Assembly: GCF_021028975.2 (NCBI RefSeq)
Contig: NC_059438.1
Coordinates: forward strand, 186,001 to 250,000
Length of the DNA: 64,000 nucleotides
DNA from: Sphaerodactylus townsendi
Taxonomy: Eukaryota
Direction: 5' to 3'
Under the pieces are notes generated by a model. That model worked only from the letters and a program-made list of their open reading frames with translations, made no database searches and was not told the DNA's origin. This document shows positions 1 to 20,200 of the stretch, piece by piece (positions within the stretch are counted from its first letter, which is position 1; the number at the start of each line of letters is the position of its first letter). A program made the translations under genes and the position numbers.

Positions 1-308
1 AGTTCTTCTGACGAACCCTTGCGTTTTGTCCTTGAAATTTATACTAGCTGTTGCAAAAGCGTTTCGTATTTAAATATATTACATCATCTGCCCTTGATTT
101 CATCGCCTGCAGCCTTAGGTACCAAGACTGCCTATTTCCACTGACTATTCTTAAAGCAAGTAGTATGCCCATCATTCTGCAAGCCAGGATGCAGACTCAC
201 TGCTCACAAAGGAGATATCAGTTACTCAAAAATGCTGTCACTAATATCAGGTGCCTCTGAAAACCTGGCCCCACCTTCCTTCAGTTTCTCTGCAATGCCT
301 GCCATTGT

Positions 309-938
309 AGAAGGAGGAGTTGGATCTATATCCCCCCTTTCTCTCCTGTAAGGAGACTCAAAGGGGATTACAATCTCCTTTCCCTTCCCCCCCCACAACA
401 AACACCCTGTGAGGTGGGTGCGGCTGAGAGAGCTCCAAAGAACTGTGACTAGCCCAAGGTCAAAAAATATATATAGTGAGTCAAAGACAGTACCTTGTTT
501 AACCATTGACCATCAGCCAAGGATTTTATCAACAGTTTTTAAAAGCATCAGACATGGACATCCAACACCATTAGTGGATCTCTTACTCCATTACAGAGAC
601 TTGATATTATTTTATTTGGGATCCTCTGTGTATGTATTGTTCATTGTTTTATTGTTGTTGTTTATAATATGTTGTTGATTAAGAGTTGTGGTTCTGGTAT
701 ATAAATGTTTAAATTATTTTCATTAAAATAGATTTGTATAGTTCGCACTAGAGTCAGACAGGTTCTTTTCCTTTCTTTAAATTAGCCCAAGGTCATCCAG
801 CTGGCATGTGATGGACAGTGCACAAGCTAACCTGGTTTACCAGATAAGCCTCCACAGCTCAAGTGGCAGAGCAGGGAATCAAACCTGGTTCTCCAGATTA
901 GAATGCACCTGCTCTTAACCACTAACCATGCTGGCTCT
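309..938 (-). mobile_element. tRNA-derived SINE (Squam3-like), interrupted by a 320-bp insertion
   Basis: Colinear with copies at 5363, 41903 and 51750; insert 463-782 flanked by duplicated TAGCCCAAGGTCA. Confidence 0.8.
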
Positions 939-1447
939 TGACAGAATACCTACGCTGCCTTCATCTGCCCCAAGTACACAACCGGATAAGGTGTTTCCCA
1001 TGTTTGCTCAATTCAAACAACACTGTTATTTGTTTTCAGTGTAGCCTGAACTGTAACTCAAATGTATGTTACCTTGTGAATGAATGAATAAATATTTGTT
1101 GACAGTCAGTAACCAGATTGATATCAAAGGGATTTACATTCATAAATATTAATTTTAAAAACTACAAAACTATACTTTAAATTTAAAATTAGGATAAAAA
1201 CCTTACTAATCAAATATCATACTGTTATCTAAGTATAGTCCTAATTATACATACAGATCAATTTAGTACCCATTTTTGCCGATTACAAACCATATTTATC
1301 AGTGTAAATTTTTAAAACAGAATTAAGTAGTTGAAAACTATTTTAAAAGTTTATTGCCTTGATTTGTATTGTATCATGGTTTGTATTCTGGTGATGGCTT
1401 TATTCTCTGCTCTTTTTATGCAGGAAAGACTAGCACACAAACATTTA

Positions 1448-1680
1448 CCGTGTTTCCCCGAATATAAGATAGTGTCTTATATTAATTTTTGCTCCCAAAG
1501 ATGTGCTATGTCTTATTTTCAGGGGATGTCTTATTTTTCCTGTGTTCTGTTCGTCGGGCATGCTTCCAAACAAAAACTTTGCTATGTCTTACTTTCAGGG
1601 GATGCCATATATTTCGCACTTCAGCAAAACCTCTACTATGTCTTATTTTTCGGGGATGTCTTATATTAGGGGAAACAGGG
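1448..1680. mobile_element. Tc1/mariner-pogo-type MITE
   Basis: ~22-bp TIRs (ccgtgtttccccgaatataaga / tcttatattaggggaaacaggg), TA on both flanks, three internal repeats of ctatgtcttattttcaggggatg. Confidence 0.75.
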
Positions 1681-2307
1681 TAAGCAGCAAAGACTAGCAC
1701 ACAAACATATAAAGTCAAACATAACAAAGGGCTCACTCCAGCGAAGCATAAGGAGCACTGGGAAGCAAGTCATCATGTGCTCTAAAAGCATTTAGCACAG
1801 GGCACTGACAAACCATTTAAATGTTACATTATTAGAACAGAATAAATTAGCGCACTGCGTAATGTTAAAATCATCTCTCCCCCAGTTCAAAATGAGTGCT
1901 ACATTCCAAAACCATGCAAAAGTAAGTACCTTCTGCCTGCACAAGGGGGACCTCCAAATTTTTCCCAATTCCCCAGTCCCCCCAACTTTCCGCTTCCCCG
2001 GCTGTAATGGACTTTGTTCCCCAATCTTCTGGAAAAAAAGCATTTTAGGGTCACTGGACCCTACAACAAAATAGCAGCAACCAAAAAAAAGCCTTCTTTT
2101 CATTGTGCTTTAACCAGGTTTCACATTTTTCCAGCCATGTAGGGCTAACAAATATTTTAACAAGCAAGCAAATAAATAAATATCATAATAAAGTTTTGCA
2201 GAGGTTCGAGAAATTGCAAGCACAATCATGGCATGTTACAGAACACAGACACTTTCTTCCCTGTGTGCAGAAGGGCAGCCTGCTTTAAAGCATGACAGCT
2301 GCTAGGG

Positions 2308-2799
2308 CAGTGATGGCGAACCTATGGCACGAGTGCCAGAGGTGGCACTCACAGCCCTCTTTGTGGGCACACACGCACAGAGTTCATCATGTGCGGGGGG
2401 CAGAAAATCACCCCCCACACACACACATCTAGGCTGGCCTGGGCCACTGGGCACTGTGCCCCACAGCGAGCAGGGAGGACTCGGCTGGCAGGCCTGGTGC
2501 CTGTGTTCCGGGTGGCTGATGCTCGAGGGGGAGCAGAGGAAGCGGAGTTGCTAGAGAGGCGCAGAGTGGTGCATGTGGGATTTGCTGGAGGCTAGAGCAG
2601 GCTGGCTCCTGCTTGAGTGGGTGGGGCAGAGGGGTGGGGTGGGGTGGAGGCACTGGAGCAGCACAGGGCAGAGCGGCAGGTGCACACAGGACTATAACCT
2701 CAGTATTCAGGTTAAATTGCTGTGTTGGCACTTTGCGATAAATAAGTGGGTTTTGGGTGCAATTTGGGCACTCGGTCTCAAAAAGGTTCGCCATCACTG
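2308..2799. mobile_element. Non-autonomous hAT element
   Basis: TIR CAGTGATGGCGAACC / GGTTCGCCATCACTG; perfect 8-bp TSD TGCTAGGG. Confidence 0.88.
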
Positions 2800-4673
2800 T
2801 GCTAGGGTGTAGTGGTTAGTGTGTCAAACTAGGAACAGGGAGACTCCATGTTTGAATCTGCACTCTGCTATGGAAACTTGTGGGGTGACCTTGGGCCACT
2901 CACAAACTCTCTTCTAACCCATCTCACAGGGATGTAGAGAGAACAAAATGGGGACAGGGAGATCCATGTAAACCCCTCCAGGCCCCTACTGGAGAGAAAG
3001 GTGGGATGTAAACGAAGTAAATTAAATACACCAGGGCCAGGTGGTATTCTATCATGCATCAAAGGGAGACAGAACCTAAGCAAATGTCACCTCTCCCTCG
3101 TGTACATTGATACTATTTTGGTAATCCAATTTTCTGTTCAGAAATCTGGCAAAATAAGATTGGGATGGGGGGAAGAACATTGTAATATAAAGCTTACAAA
3201 ATGTCCTAAATAGTGTTTTCTTAAGGATAAAGCTAAAGGAACAGCTTCTTAGATGCAATCAAGATATCCCAGAAATACATTTCATTTTCAAGGGCGTTTA
3301 CAACTTGCCCAGCCTTGGTCTCAGGGTGGTTACCGAGAATGCCCTCAGAGAACCTAGTCTTGTGATACCAGCTGCACTGAAATGACTCATGTGGTCACAG
3401 TAGCAGGTCAGACAGCAAGGGACTGAGCGTGCACACATGGGTGAGCAGAATGAAGAGGATAATGTCTTCCATGTATAGACCACATTAAGACAGCTCTATC
3501 AGCAAACAATACGCAAATGAGCCTTTGGCAAAAAAGGACTGTCATGCACAAACTCTGTGATGGCTGGTCTTTTGCCCAGGATTTCCAAGATTCACTTAGC
3601 AAGGTCCGCTTCTGAAGACTTTTGCAAGCCAAGTAGCCATTAGACCAAGTCCTCAGACAGTTTTTAGGTGCTGCAATCAGGGGCTATTATTTTTAGTTCG
3701 AGAACAAATCTCTGATGACCTCCCGTGACCCACTGTTTCCTGATAAACGCAGCTTGGCTTAATCCTGGTTGGTAGACCAAAAACAAATGGAAGGTACGTA
3801 ACAATTAACAACAGCTGGTGTCAAACCAAAACATTTTCAATTCCTTGAGACACCAAGAACTTCCAAAACTTCTTCTCACAGCAACCAAATTTAATCTCTC
3901 GTCAAATCTAAAAGAAGCCAGAGTGTCTTGCTCCCCGTATAAAGTTTCCTTGCCTTAGCCTAAACATGACTCTATGTACTTAAATTCTCAAGCCTCTTGC
4001 TGTAAAGGAGTAGATTCTGATTTTTTAAACACAGCTAAGATTCTCAGATTGCCAAATGCTGCATAAAGTGTCAGATTCCTCAAATCCCTTGCCCACAGAA
4101 GCACTTATTTCCTTAACTCATACACTACCTGTCTCCGCAATGGGGACCCAGAAGCCTACATTTTCCTCCTTGCCTCCATTTTATTCTCAAACAACCCTGT
4201 GAGATAGGTTAGGCTGAGAGGGTGTAACTGGTACGAAGTCACTGAACAAACTTCCATGTCAAAGTGGGGATTTGAAGTTGGGCGTTCCAAATCTAGTCCA
4301 ACATTCCAACCACTACAACGTACCAACTCTATACCCCCAGCCATAACGTTAGTCTTAATAGGAACATTAATTCTGTTAACAGTGCAGACATGCTTGAGTT
4401 TGAAACGAAGATATCCTAGCCATGAGAGGCTATATAGCTGATCTGTTCATAGACAGAATATATGGAAATTTGTTGTCGTAATCATGTATTAAGGGAGCAT
4501 ATTATATTTTATTGTATTTCCTGAACAAACTGGTCTGCTTTATCAAGACTTACTTTTCCAATCTTCTCCATCCCTCCCAGGCACAATCACCTGCAGATTG
4601 CAAAGAGGGCTTCTGCTAGCAGCTGTCACAGAAAGCTGCACTCACACAACAATTTCAGCACCGCCTCACTTAC

Positions 4674-12151
<7,478 letters not shown>

Positions 12152-14228
12152 CTTGCCAACAGCAGCCGCCACAAAGAGTGACCTCATCCGCCCAGGCCCC
12201 GCCAAAAGGACCCCGCCTTTCCCCACCGGCTCGGCCGAGGACCTCGCGCGCCGTCGGCGCTGCCGGGTCGCAGCTCCACCCGGGAACTCTTCTGCTCCCT
12301 CCAAGACCCAGCCGCCTCCTCTTGCCCAACCCAGAGGCCCTTTTGGTCGCAATCCTGTAGCACTTCACAGAGGAAATTCAGCCCTACAGGAAGATGAATC
12401 GTTCTTTGCAATCAGGCGGTGTCGCGGGCACCTAAAGGCAGCCGGCTCCCTGGTGTAGGCGATGAGTTCAAGGTTTTCAGGGCCGCCGCCCAGGATTTGT
12501 GCTGAACGGGACCTCTAGTGGCGAGAGCGAGCATTGCAGGTCCTTATGGGCGATTCAGGTATTGGGAAGCGAGAGGCGGCGCGATTGAAGTAGAGCCGCA
12601 GGACCAGTTTGTTGCTTTACTCACAAATGGAGAAGCGACGCGAACAAAAGGGCCTGCACAAGCGATATCGTGGGAAAAGCAGCGCTCAGCAGGGTTGAGA
12701 AACACAATAGGCAAAGCTACTTTTTTTCTCCACGGGCGCCACTGCATTGAGAGAAGGGCCTGAGAGTGCTTTGGCAGCAACGCATGCAATCCCGCGCAGA
12801 AACCTGAGACTGAAGGGACTCTGCATAGGGTTGCACTTGCATAGGGCCCAGGGAATTCTGCCTGACAGCCACGTGGTTGTAGGATGACAGCGCAATATGC
12901 AGAGAGGGCACATTTCCGCCTCCTAGATGAGATCTTAGCACCTCCCTAGTATCCCCTCGGTACCGCCCACTTTGAGAACCACTGATATAGATGGTCTTTG
13001 CACCACAAAGACCTGTCCACCCAACCCACTCTGACCAAGTAATAATTGTCAGTCATATGTTAACTTTCTGTCCAGCTGCGTCAGCCCATAGGGAGCTGAG
13101 TGTACAGTAAATGCTAATGCCCTGTGTAGGAATTAGCCCACTTTGGCACACCCCTAAACTATGGCAGTCCTAAAGGATGATCAAGCAGCCAGGAGGCATC
13201 CAATTATCTCCATATGGCTAGAGGCGAATCGGCCAGTAACAATCTGAGAAGACTGCATATATTCTCTCTAATTTATGGATAAATGTTCTAGAACTAGTAT
13301 GTGAGGACTGTGGTTTAGCTTTGGTGACTTCCATTAGTATACATAAAATGAAATCATTTCAGAGGGTAGTAGAAGAGCAAGATTCATATCTTGTCAAAGA
13401 CTGACAAGACTTTCTGGGTAACTGCTCTTGAGAGTCAAAGCCATCTGATGAAATCCAGCTCCCATAAATTGGAATGGAACGAATGCCCTACAGCCCAATC
13501 TGGGAGGGGGGCTGAATCTGCCTATGGAGGCAGTGGAGGGGGGGGCAGGGCGCCAGATTTGCCCTCCGTGGGGCATTTACCCCAGCAGAGAGGCAAATCT
13601 GCCAGACAGTGGCCACGGCAGCTTTCCACAGTTGACGATTTTCCACACTTGGTGCTTCTGCACCTCCACCAGTGTGGCGGGGGCTTGGCCAGGGGTGGCT
13701 TCCACCCAGCCTTTGGCCACTGAAACGTCGGTGCGGGGGGTGGGGGTGGGGGTTGTGCTTTGGGGATGGCATAAGGGGAACTGGATTTTGGGCAGCAGGG
13801 AGCTTTTTTTGCTTTTAGCCTTCCTGCGGTGCCAAGAAGTTCTCCTGGAGGCAGCGAGGCAGCACCAAAGCAGATCTGCTCCCCCAAAACCAGGGGCTCT
13901 GGATCAGACTGCCCAATCCAACTCACCCACTAGGCGTTCACAACCCTATCTGGAACCCTGTTTGAGTTTTAAATAAACAAACAAGTTGGGTTTGGGGGTT
14001 TAAAATAAATGTTGGCTTTGCTACAGTAGGAGATAGAAGACGGAATTAGTCCTGTCGCAGGGATAGAATCTTTTTGAGACGATGAAGTGAAACAATTCAT
14101 CAAGCAGTACAACAGTAAAATCCACCCAATCCCCGAGGAAAGCTTTTTCCAAAGAATGACTGACATCATACTTCTGTAACAAAACTTTAATCAGTTTGTC
14201 TGGCAGAAATCAACGTGGTGCAAAAGTG

Positions 14229-14255
14229 TCACATGTTTGTATTCTTTTTACTCCT
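14229..14255 (-). CDS. TERB1: Putative TERB1 terminal coding exon (RSKKNTNM*)
   Basis: Strong polypyrimidine acceptor (cctttctcctctctctcttttacag), phase 0 after CAG|gtactg at 16109; ATTAAA on the minus strand at 14191-14186. Confidence 0.55.
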   Translation of the reverse strand, partial: RSKKNTNM

Positions 14256-17200
14256 CTGTAAAAGAGAGAGAGGAGAAAGGCAATGTCAAGAAAGCTTCAG
14301 CAGATGAAAACACAGAACTACCATAATGTTGTGACTCATGATCTCAGGTACTCTGCAAGTTTGTCATTCAAAGCAGTCACAGCTGAATGGGGGGTGGGGG
14401 GTGGGGAAGGTCTCATATCTGGAGACCAGAAGGTGGTCTTAGGGGACTGTTGCTCTGTCTTGTGAGAGAGCAGGATGCCAGAGGGCTCAACTGTATCCCT
14501 GGTGTTTTTTAATATCTACATTATACCTCTGAGAGAATTTGCTCAGGAATATAAGATTTGGTGTCATTACGCTGATGAAACTAGCATCCTTTTTCATCAA
14601 ATCAGGTGAAGTGGGAGCATCCTTGAATGCATTCCTGAAGGCACTAATGGCCTAGATGAAGGGAAATAAACTCAATCCAGATAAGACACAGTTGACAGTT
14701 GTGAGTGGCCGCTTCCGCACAGCCACGCTGGGGGTTGGGTTGGTGTACATGACGCCGACCCAACCCCCCCGGGACCGTTCACACGAACGGTCCCGGTAAC
14801 GACAGGGCAGACGCCGCCATGCTGCACCATCGCCCAATTGACGTATCTTCCCTGCGACTGTCTGGCGCGGCGCCGAGGCCAGGGGACACGCCCCCCTGCC
14901 CTGCGCGACTGCTCCGGAGTCACCAGAGACGCGCCGGAAGGTCGCAGGGAAGGTAAGTCAATAGGGAAAGGGGGGGAGGGTTGGCGCCTTCCAGCTGCTG
15001 CCGTTCGCACAGCAGCTGCTGGAAGCCACCATTTCCCAAAAACCTTGCTCAGGGAACGAGGTGGGAAAATGGCGGTTTCGCGCCGCTGGGGAGGAGCAAG
15101 GGCGGCGCGGCTGCAAAGCAGCTGCGCCCCCCATGCGAACAGCTCCCTAGGGACGGCGTTTTTGCTGTCCCTAGGGCGCTGTAATTGGCCCGTGCGGAAC
15201 TGGCCTCACAACGCAAGCAAGGCTACACTAGGATGACCCTGTAAGAGGATCAGTTCTGGGTAAGCTTGTGCTCTCCCCCTCTCCAAAAATCAGCTTGGCT
15301 ATACTCCTGGATCCCCAGGTGACTGAGTATCATCTTGGGATGATTTGTCAGTTGAACTCATTTCTGGAAGATAAACAGACTCAGTCAGTGTTGTCTGGGC
15401 TTTCATTACTTTGGTGCAATACTCTTTACCTCAGACTAACTTTCCCAAAGGCCCCAAAATGCCAGCCAATGCAGAATGGAAGTCCCTGCCTGGGAAAATT
15501 TGTTTCAGCCCCTCCCTGTTCTTTTTTTAAAGGCCAGTAAAAGCAGTTGTGTTGCAGCATGTCTTTAGGAACTAAGGAGACTTATTCTTCTGCACTTTTA
15601 TTACTTTTTAAAATAGTTGGTTTTTAACTTCAGTAAATATTTTATGAACCCTTTATCTTAAAGAGGTGTACCTGTTGTTGTTTTTAAATAAAGAGATCAG
15701 TTTTTAAATTTCTGTACATTCATACCATATTAAAGTTTCCTATGCGAGCCAGTATGGTGTAGCAGTTAAGAGCAGGGGGACTGGAGAACTAAGTGTGATT
15801 CCTCACTCCTCTACATGAGTAGGGATTCTTATCTGGTGAGCTGAGTTTGTTTCCCTGTTCCTACACAGGAAGCCTGCTGGATGACCCTGGGCTAGTCACA
15901 GTTCTCTCAGAACTCTCTCAGCCTACTTTCCAAAGTGCCTGTTGTGGGGAAAGGAAGGGAAAGGAGTTCGTAAGCCGCTTTAAGATCCCTTTACAGGAGA
16001 GAAAGGTGGAACATAAATCCAAACTCTTTTTTTCTTCTATTCCTACCACATGCGAACATGGACTATTACACAGAAGACTGTCAGAAAGTTAACTTACAGT
16101 AGCAGTACCTGTAACTTGCTGTATTTCTTAGCAAGATCAACGTTTGTCCGTCCCTCCTGAAATGGGTAGGCCCACAGAATTGAATTCCAGTGATGCCCCT
16201 TCTTTTTGACACCATCTAAAAGATAGTTTATTTCTTCTGATGTAAAATCTTTCCTAATTCTTCGTTTGCTTTTTTTAAAAGCTGTGGCAAGCACATCCAC
16301 TGAACGTATCTCACTACCCTGCATATTAAATCAAAACAAGCCATGTGTTTTGTGTGCAATCTTCACACACATAAGGTATAGTCAAGAGTGTAACTAGGAT
16401 TGGGCAAGCCAAAGGCCGTACCCCAGGCACAGCCTGAGGGGGTGCCACGTAGCCCAGAGTCCCCCCCACAAGCTCTACCCCCATTCTCAAACTGCAACCT
16501 TCCCCAGAACTACACATGGAGTTCAGGGGCAGTGCCCCAGTTCAAGGCTGGGTACCAGATCTAGCTTTAAATTGCAGGTTCCGCCTCCCAAGCCTGTTAT
16601 TTAAAGCTGGACCCAGCCAGGCCGAGCCCAGTCTTGAATTGCAGGCTCTGCCCTGTCTGGGCCCATCTTTATACTGTTGGCTCTACCTCCAAAGCACTGA
16701 CTCCAAAGTCACATGGAGTTTGAGGGGAGGGTGTGCAGTTGAACACTTGCCCAGCCTTGAAGTGCAACCCTACTGTCAAACTCCATGTGAAGCTGGGGAG
16801 AGGTGCAGAGCTCAACACTTATCCCGGGTGCCATCTTTAGAAGATACACCCCTGGGTGCAGTGGCTAGAATATTAGACCAGGAATTCAGAGATCCATGTT
16901 TAGATTCCCAGTCTTCCATGGAAGTGTCTTTAGGCCATTCACTCCCTCTCAGCCTAACCTACCACACAGGGGTTTTGTTGGAAAGATAAAATAGAGACAG
17001 GGAGAACCATGTGGCTTTAGGATCCTATTGCAGAGAAAAGTAGGATATTTATAAGGTGCTGCATTCAATCTTTGTGAAGGGTTAGTTGGTATTATAGAAG
17101 CTTTCAGAATAACAAAAAAGACTGAATCATCCAGCTATCTGCACGGCTGAGTGAGGATATGAAACGCCACATCATTGGAGCACTTAAAATTGACAATTCT

Positions 17201-20200
17201 TGTAAACCCACTTTTTAAGTAGTAATTTCACAAGCAGGTCAGCTGAAGTAAACAGAGAAGGTATCATCTTATACCAGTTGCGAATTACTACTGCTGAATG
17301 TGTCCAGTGATTATGACGATTTAACAATATAAAAATGTTATTAGTATTTGTACTAAAATATTAGAATGTAAAATTAAACATACCTCATCATCAAATGAAT
17401 AGGTATGTTTTTCACCCAGACTTGCATTTTCAGGATTGTATTTTTGCTTGCTTGCTTGTTTCTCCATGAATGTATCATGTTTTGCTTGAAGATCTGCTAT
17501 TTTGATCAATATATTATTTGTTACCTAATGAAAACTAATGGCAGAACTATCTATTTTGAAAAAAATATGAGGCCAGAATGGTTGGATTGGTTAGCTGGAG
17601 GGAAATCTTCATCTTTCCTCCACCTACTTTCACCTATAAATATACCCACAGCCATTTCCTAAACTGTTTTCACTCTCCAAGGCTCCAAGACCAGAAGAAT
17701 CCAGCTAAAGAAAAGGTGACCTGGATAGCATTTGCAGGTAGTGAAAGTAATTGGTTTTTTCCTGTAGATGCAAAGCTTTCACCAATATCTTATTAATGCA
17801 AAAAAACCAAAAACCATCAGGCCCTAGGAAGCAAGCCCCCAACTCTACTAAACTGAACAAAGTTGATGATTTATTTTAGAATTATATATATTTAGAATTA
17901 GTATTTTGTGAATTCTTATGCATGGTATTTTGTGCAGAATTGAACAGCTGAAAATCTATTACCTGGACATTGCTTTTAGCCCTTTAATTGGGGAAAGATG
18001 CTTGCAAGGCAGGGTCTGTAAAGGCTCTAATATTCAGACAAAATTATGCACTTTCAAGGCCCACTGAAGTATTGAAAACACTTAAAAATAGCTTAGCTGC
18101 CAATATTCTTATGCATGTTATCATAATTACCGTTATAGCCTGTAGAACAATCCTTGTTAGAGATAATAGATCTTTTTAGATTCCTTTTATATTTCATTTC
18201 AGTTTGTAGAATAACTTTGTGCTGGGTACACAGATGTTGACAAGACTGTAAAATCTTGCAAAAATTGCGACTGTTTAACAAGTGTTCTGTTGTTATACAA
18301 CCTGAAAAAATAGCATATTGTAAAATATCAAGTAAATATAACAATGGCATTCAACAATAAAAAAAATACCTTCTCCTGTTTCCACTGTTTACCACATTCT
18401 TTTCTTTTCCCAAGGCAAGGTAACTATGTATATAATCGTGTCTATGCTTTATAATGGGACAAGAATTTCTGATTTCTTCTTTGCGGTATTATGGTAACAA
18501 ATGTCTCAAAAGAGTACAGCTACTGTGGTGTAGTGGACAGAGTGTTCAACTAGGATCTGAGAGACCCAGGGGCGTTCCTAGGCAAACTGGAGCCCTGGGC
18601 AAAACCTGAGTTTGATGCCCCCCCAATGGGCGGCCAACCTCTCCCATGGTAACCAAACAATGATTTTTTCCACCATGTTGTTTCAAAGTCACCATCACAT
18701 TATAGAACATGCCCCAACTCACAAATCTGAACACAGCAGAAATATTTTTTGAAAACATTTTCAAAATGCTTTCAAAATGTTTTATTACTGCTATGAAAAC
18801 ATTTTATGGTGTTGTATCCAGTCCCCCCAATTGGGGGAAACAGCATCACTTGTTTAAACTAGGGAGCCCAGATTCTCCTTTTAAATCCACCTTAAAGGGA
18901 GAATCTGGGGTCCCCAGTTTAAATAACATTGAAAGTGATGCTGTTTTGGGGTGGATTCTCCCCCACCCTGAAACAGCTTCACTTTCAATGTTTAAACCGG
19001 GGACCTCAGATTCTCCCTTTAAATCCATGCCGAAGGGGATGGATTTAATAATAATAATAATAATAACCTTTATTAGGGATTGGGAGAATAAAAGAAAGAA
19101 AGAAAACAAGCATTGGCAGGAAGGTGGATTTAAAAGGAGAATCTGGGGGAATTTAGGGGCTGCCTGCTGTCAGGGGTGCAATTATTAAGATAGCAGCACC
19201 AAAATTTCAGAGTCTCTTCGTGAGACCCTACTGATGATACCACCCAAGTTTGGTGAAGTTTGGTTCAGGGGGTCCAAAGTTATGGACCCTCAAAGGTGTA
19301 GCCCCCATCTCCTATTAGCTCCCTTTGGAAACAATGGGGGATGGGGGCACTCCCTTTGGGAATTCATAACGTGGGACTCCCTAAACCAAACCTCACCAAA
19401 CCTGGGTGATATCATCAGGAGAGTCTTCCAAAGAATCCCTGAAATTTTGGTGCTGCTAGCCTAAAAACTGTGCCCCCTGCAGGCCAAAAATGGAAAAGAC
19501 ACTGAAAATACAAAAAAATCCCACAAACGAACCTACGCCCCCCCACAAGGCTGCGCCCTGGGCAACTGCCCACTTTGCCCAATGGGAGGAACGCCTCTGG
19601 GGAGACCTAGGTTCAAATTCCTACTCTGCCATGGAAGCTCACGGGGTAACCTTAGGCCAGTCGCACACTCTCAGCTTAACCTACCCCACAGAGTTGTTGT
19701 GAGGATAAAATGGAAGAGGGAACACTGATGTAAATTGTGTTGAGTCCCCGTTAAGGAGAAAGGTAGAATATAAAGGAAGTAAATACATGAAAACAAGAGC
19801 AAAAATGTCCCAGTACCTGAGCATCTTAATTCCGATATTTTAGGATCCATAGAAGTAGTTGGAATATGGTTTGTCGCTGAATTTGTTATGTTCGAACCCA
19901 ATTTAAATGGCTCTGAAAGAAGAGGTTATTTTAATAACATAAAATACATGAAATAAGTATTCAGCTTTGCTTCATATCTTTTATATACTGCAAATTTACT
20001 TTACTACATATAAATACCATAATTATATATAAAGACAATTAAAAAACTAGTTGTGTGCATTATGTTCTAAAATAAGTTTAAGCAGAAAGCATTTTTTTAG
20101 TTACAGGGAAATAGAATGCCGATCTTCTTGCCCACCCTTGTGCTGTACCAATTCCTTTAGAAGCAGTTTATGGGGGTTACAAAGGAGTGGAGAAGAAAAA

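Noticed and set aside
1-60. Possible DYNC1LI2 exon 5 start
   Set aside because: Translation after the cag (SSINFKDKTQG) does not convincingly match the expected FVKDFQDY; exon 5 probably lies outside the window.
1505-1670. Spaced direct repeats resembling a CRISPR array
   Set aside because: Internal repeats of a TIR element in a vertebrate intron; irregular spacing and no cas genes.
18709-19188. 159-aa ORF with repeated DSPFKS
   Set aside because: Product of DNA subrepeats within the hAT-like element.
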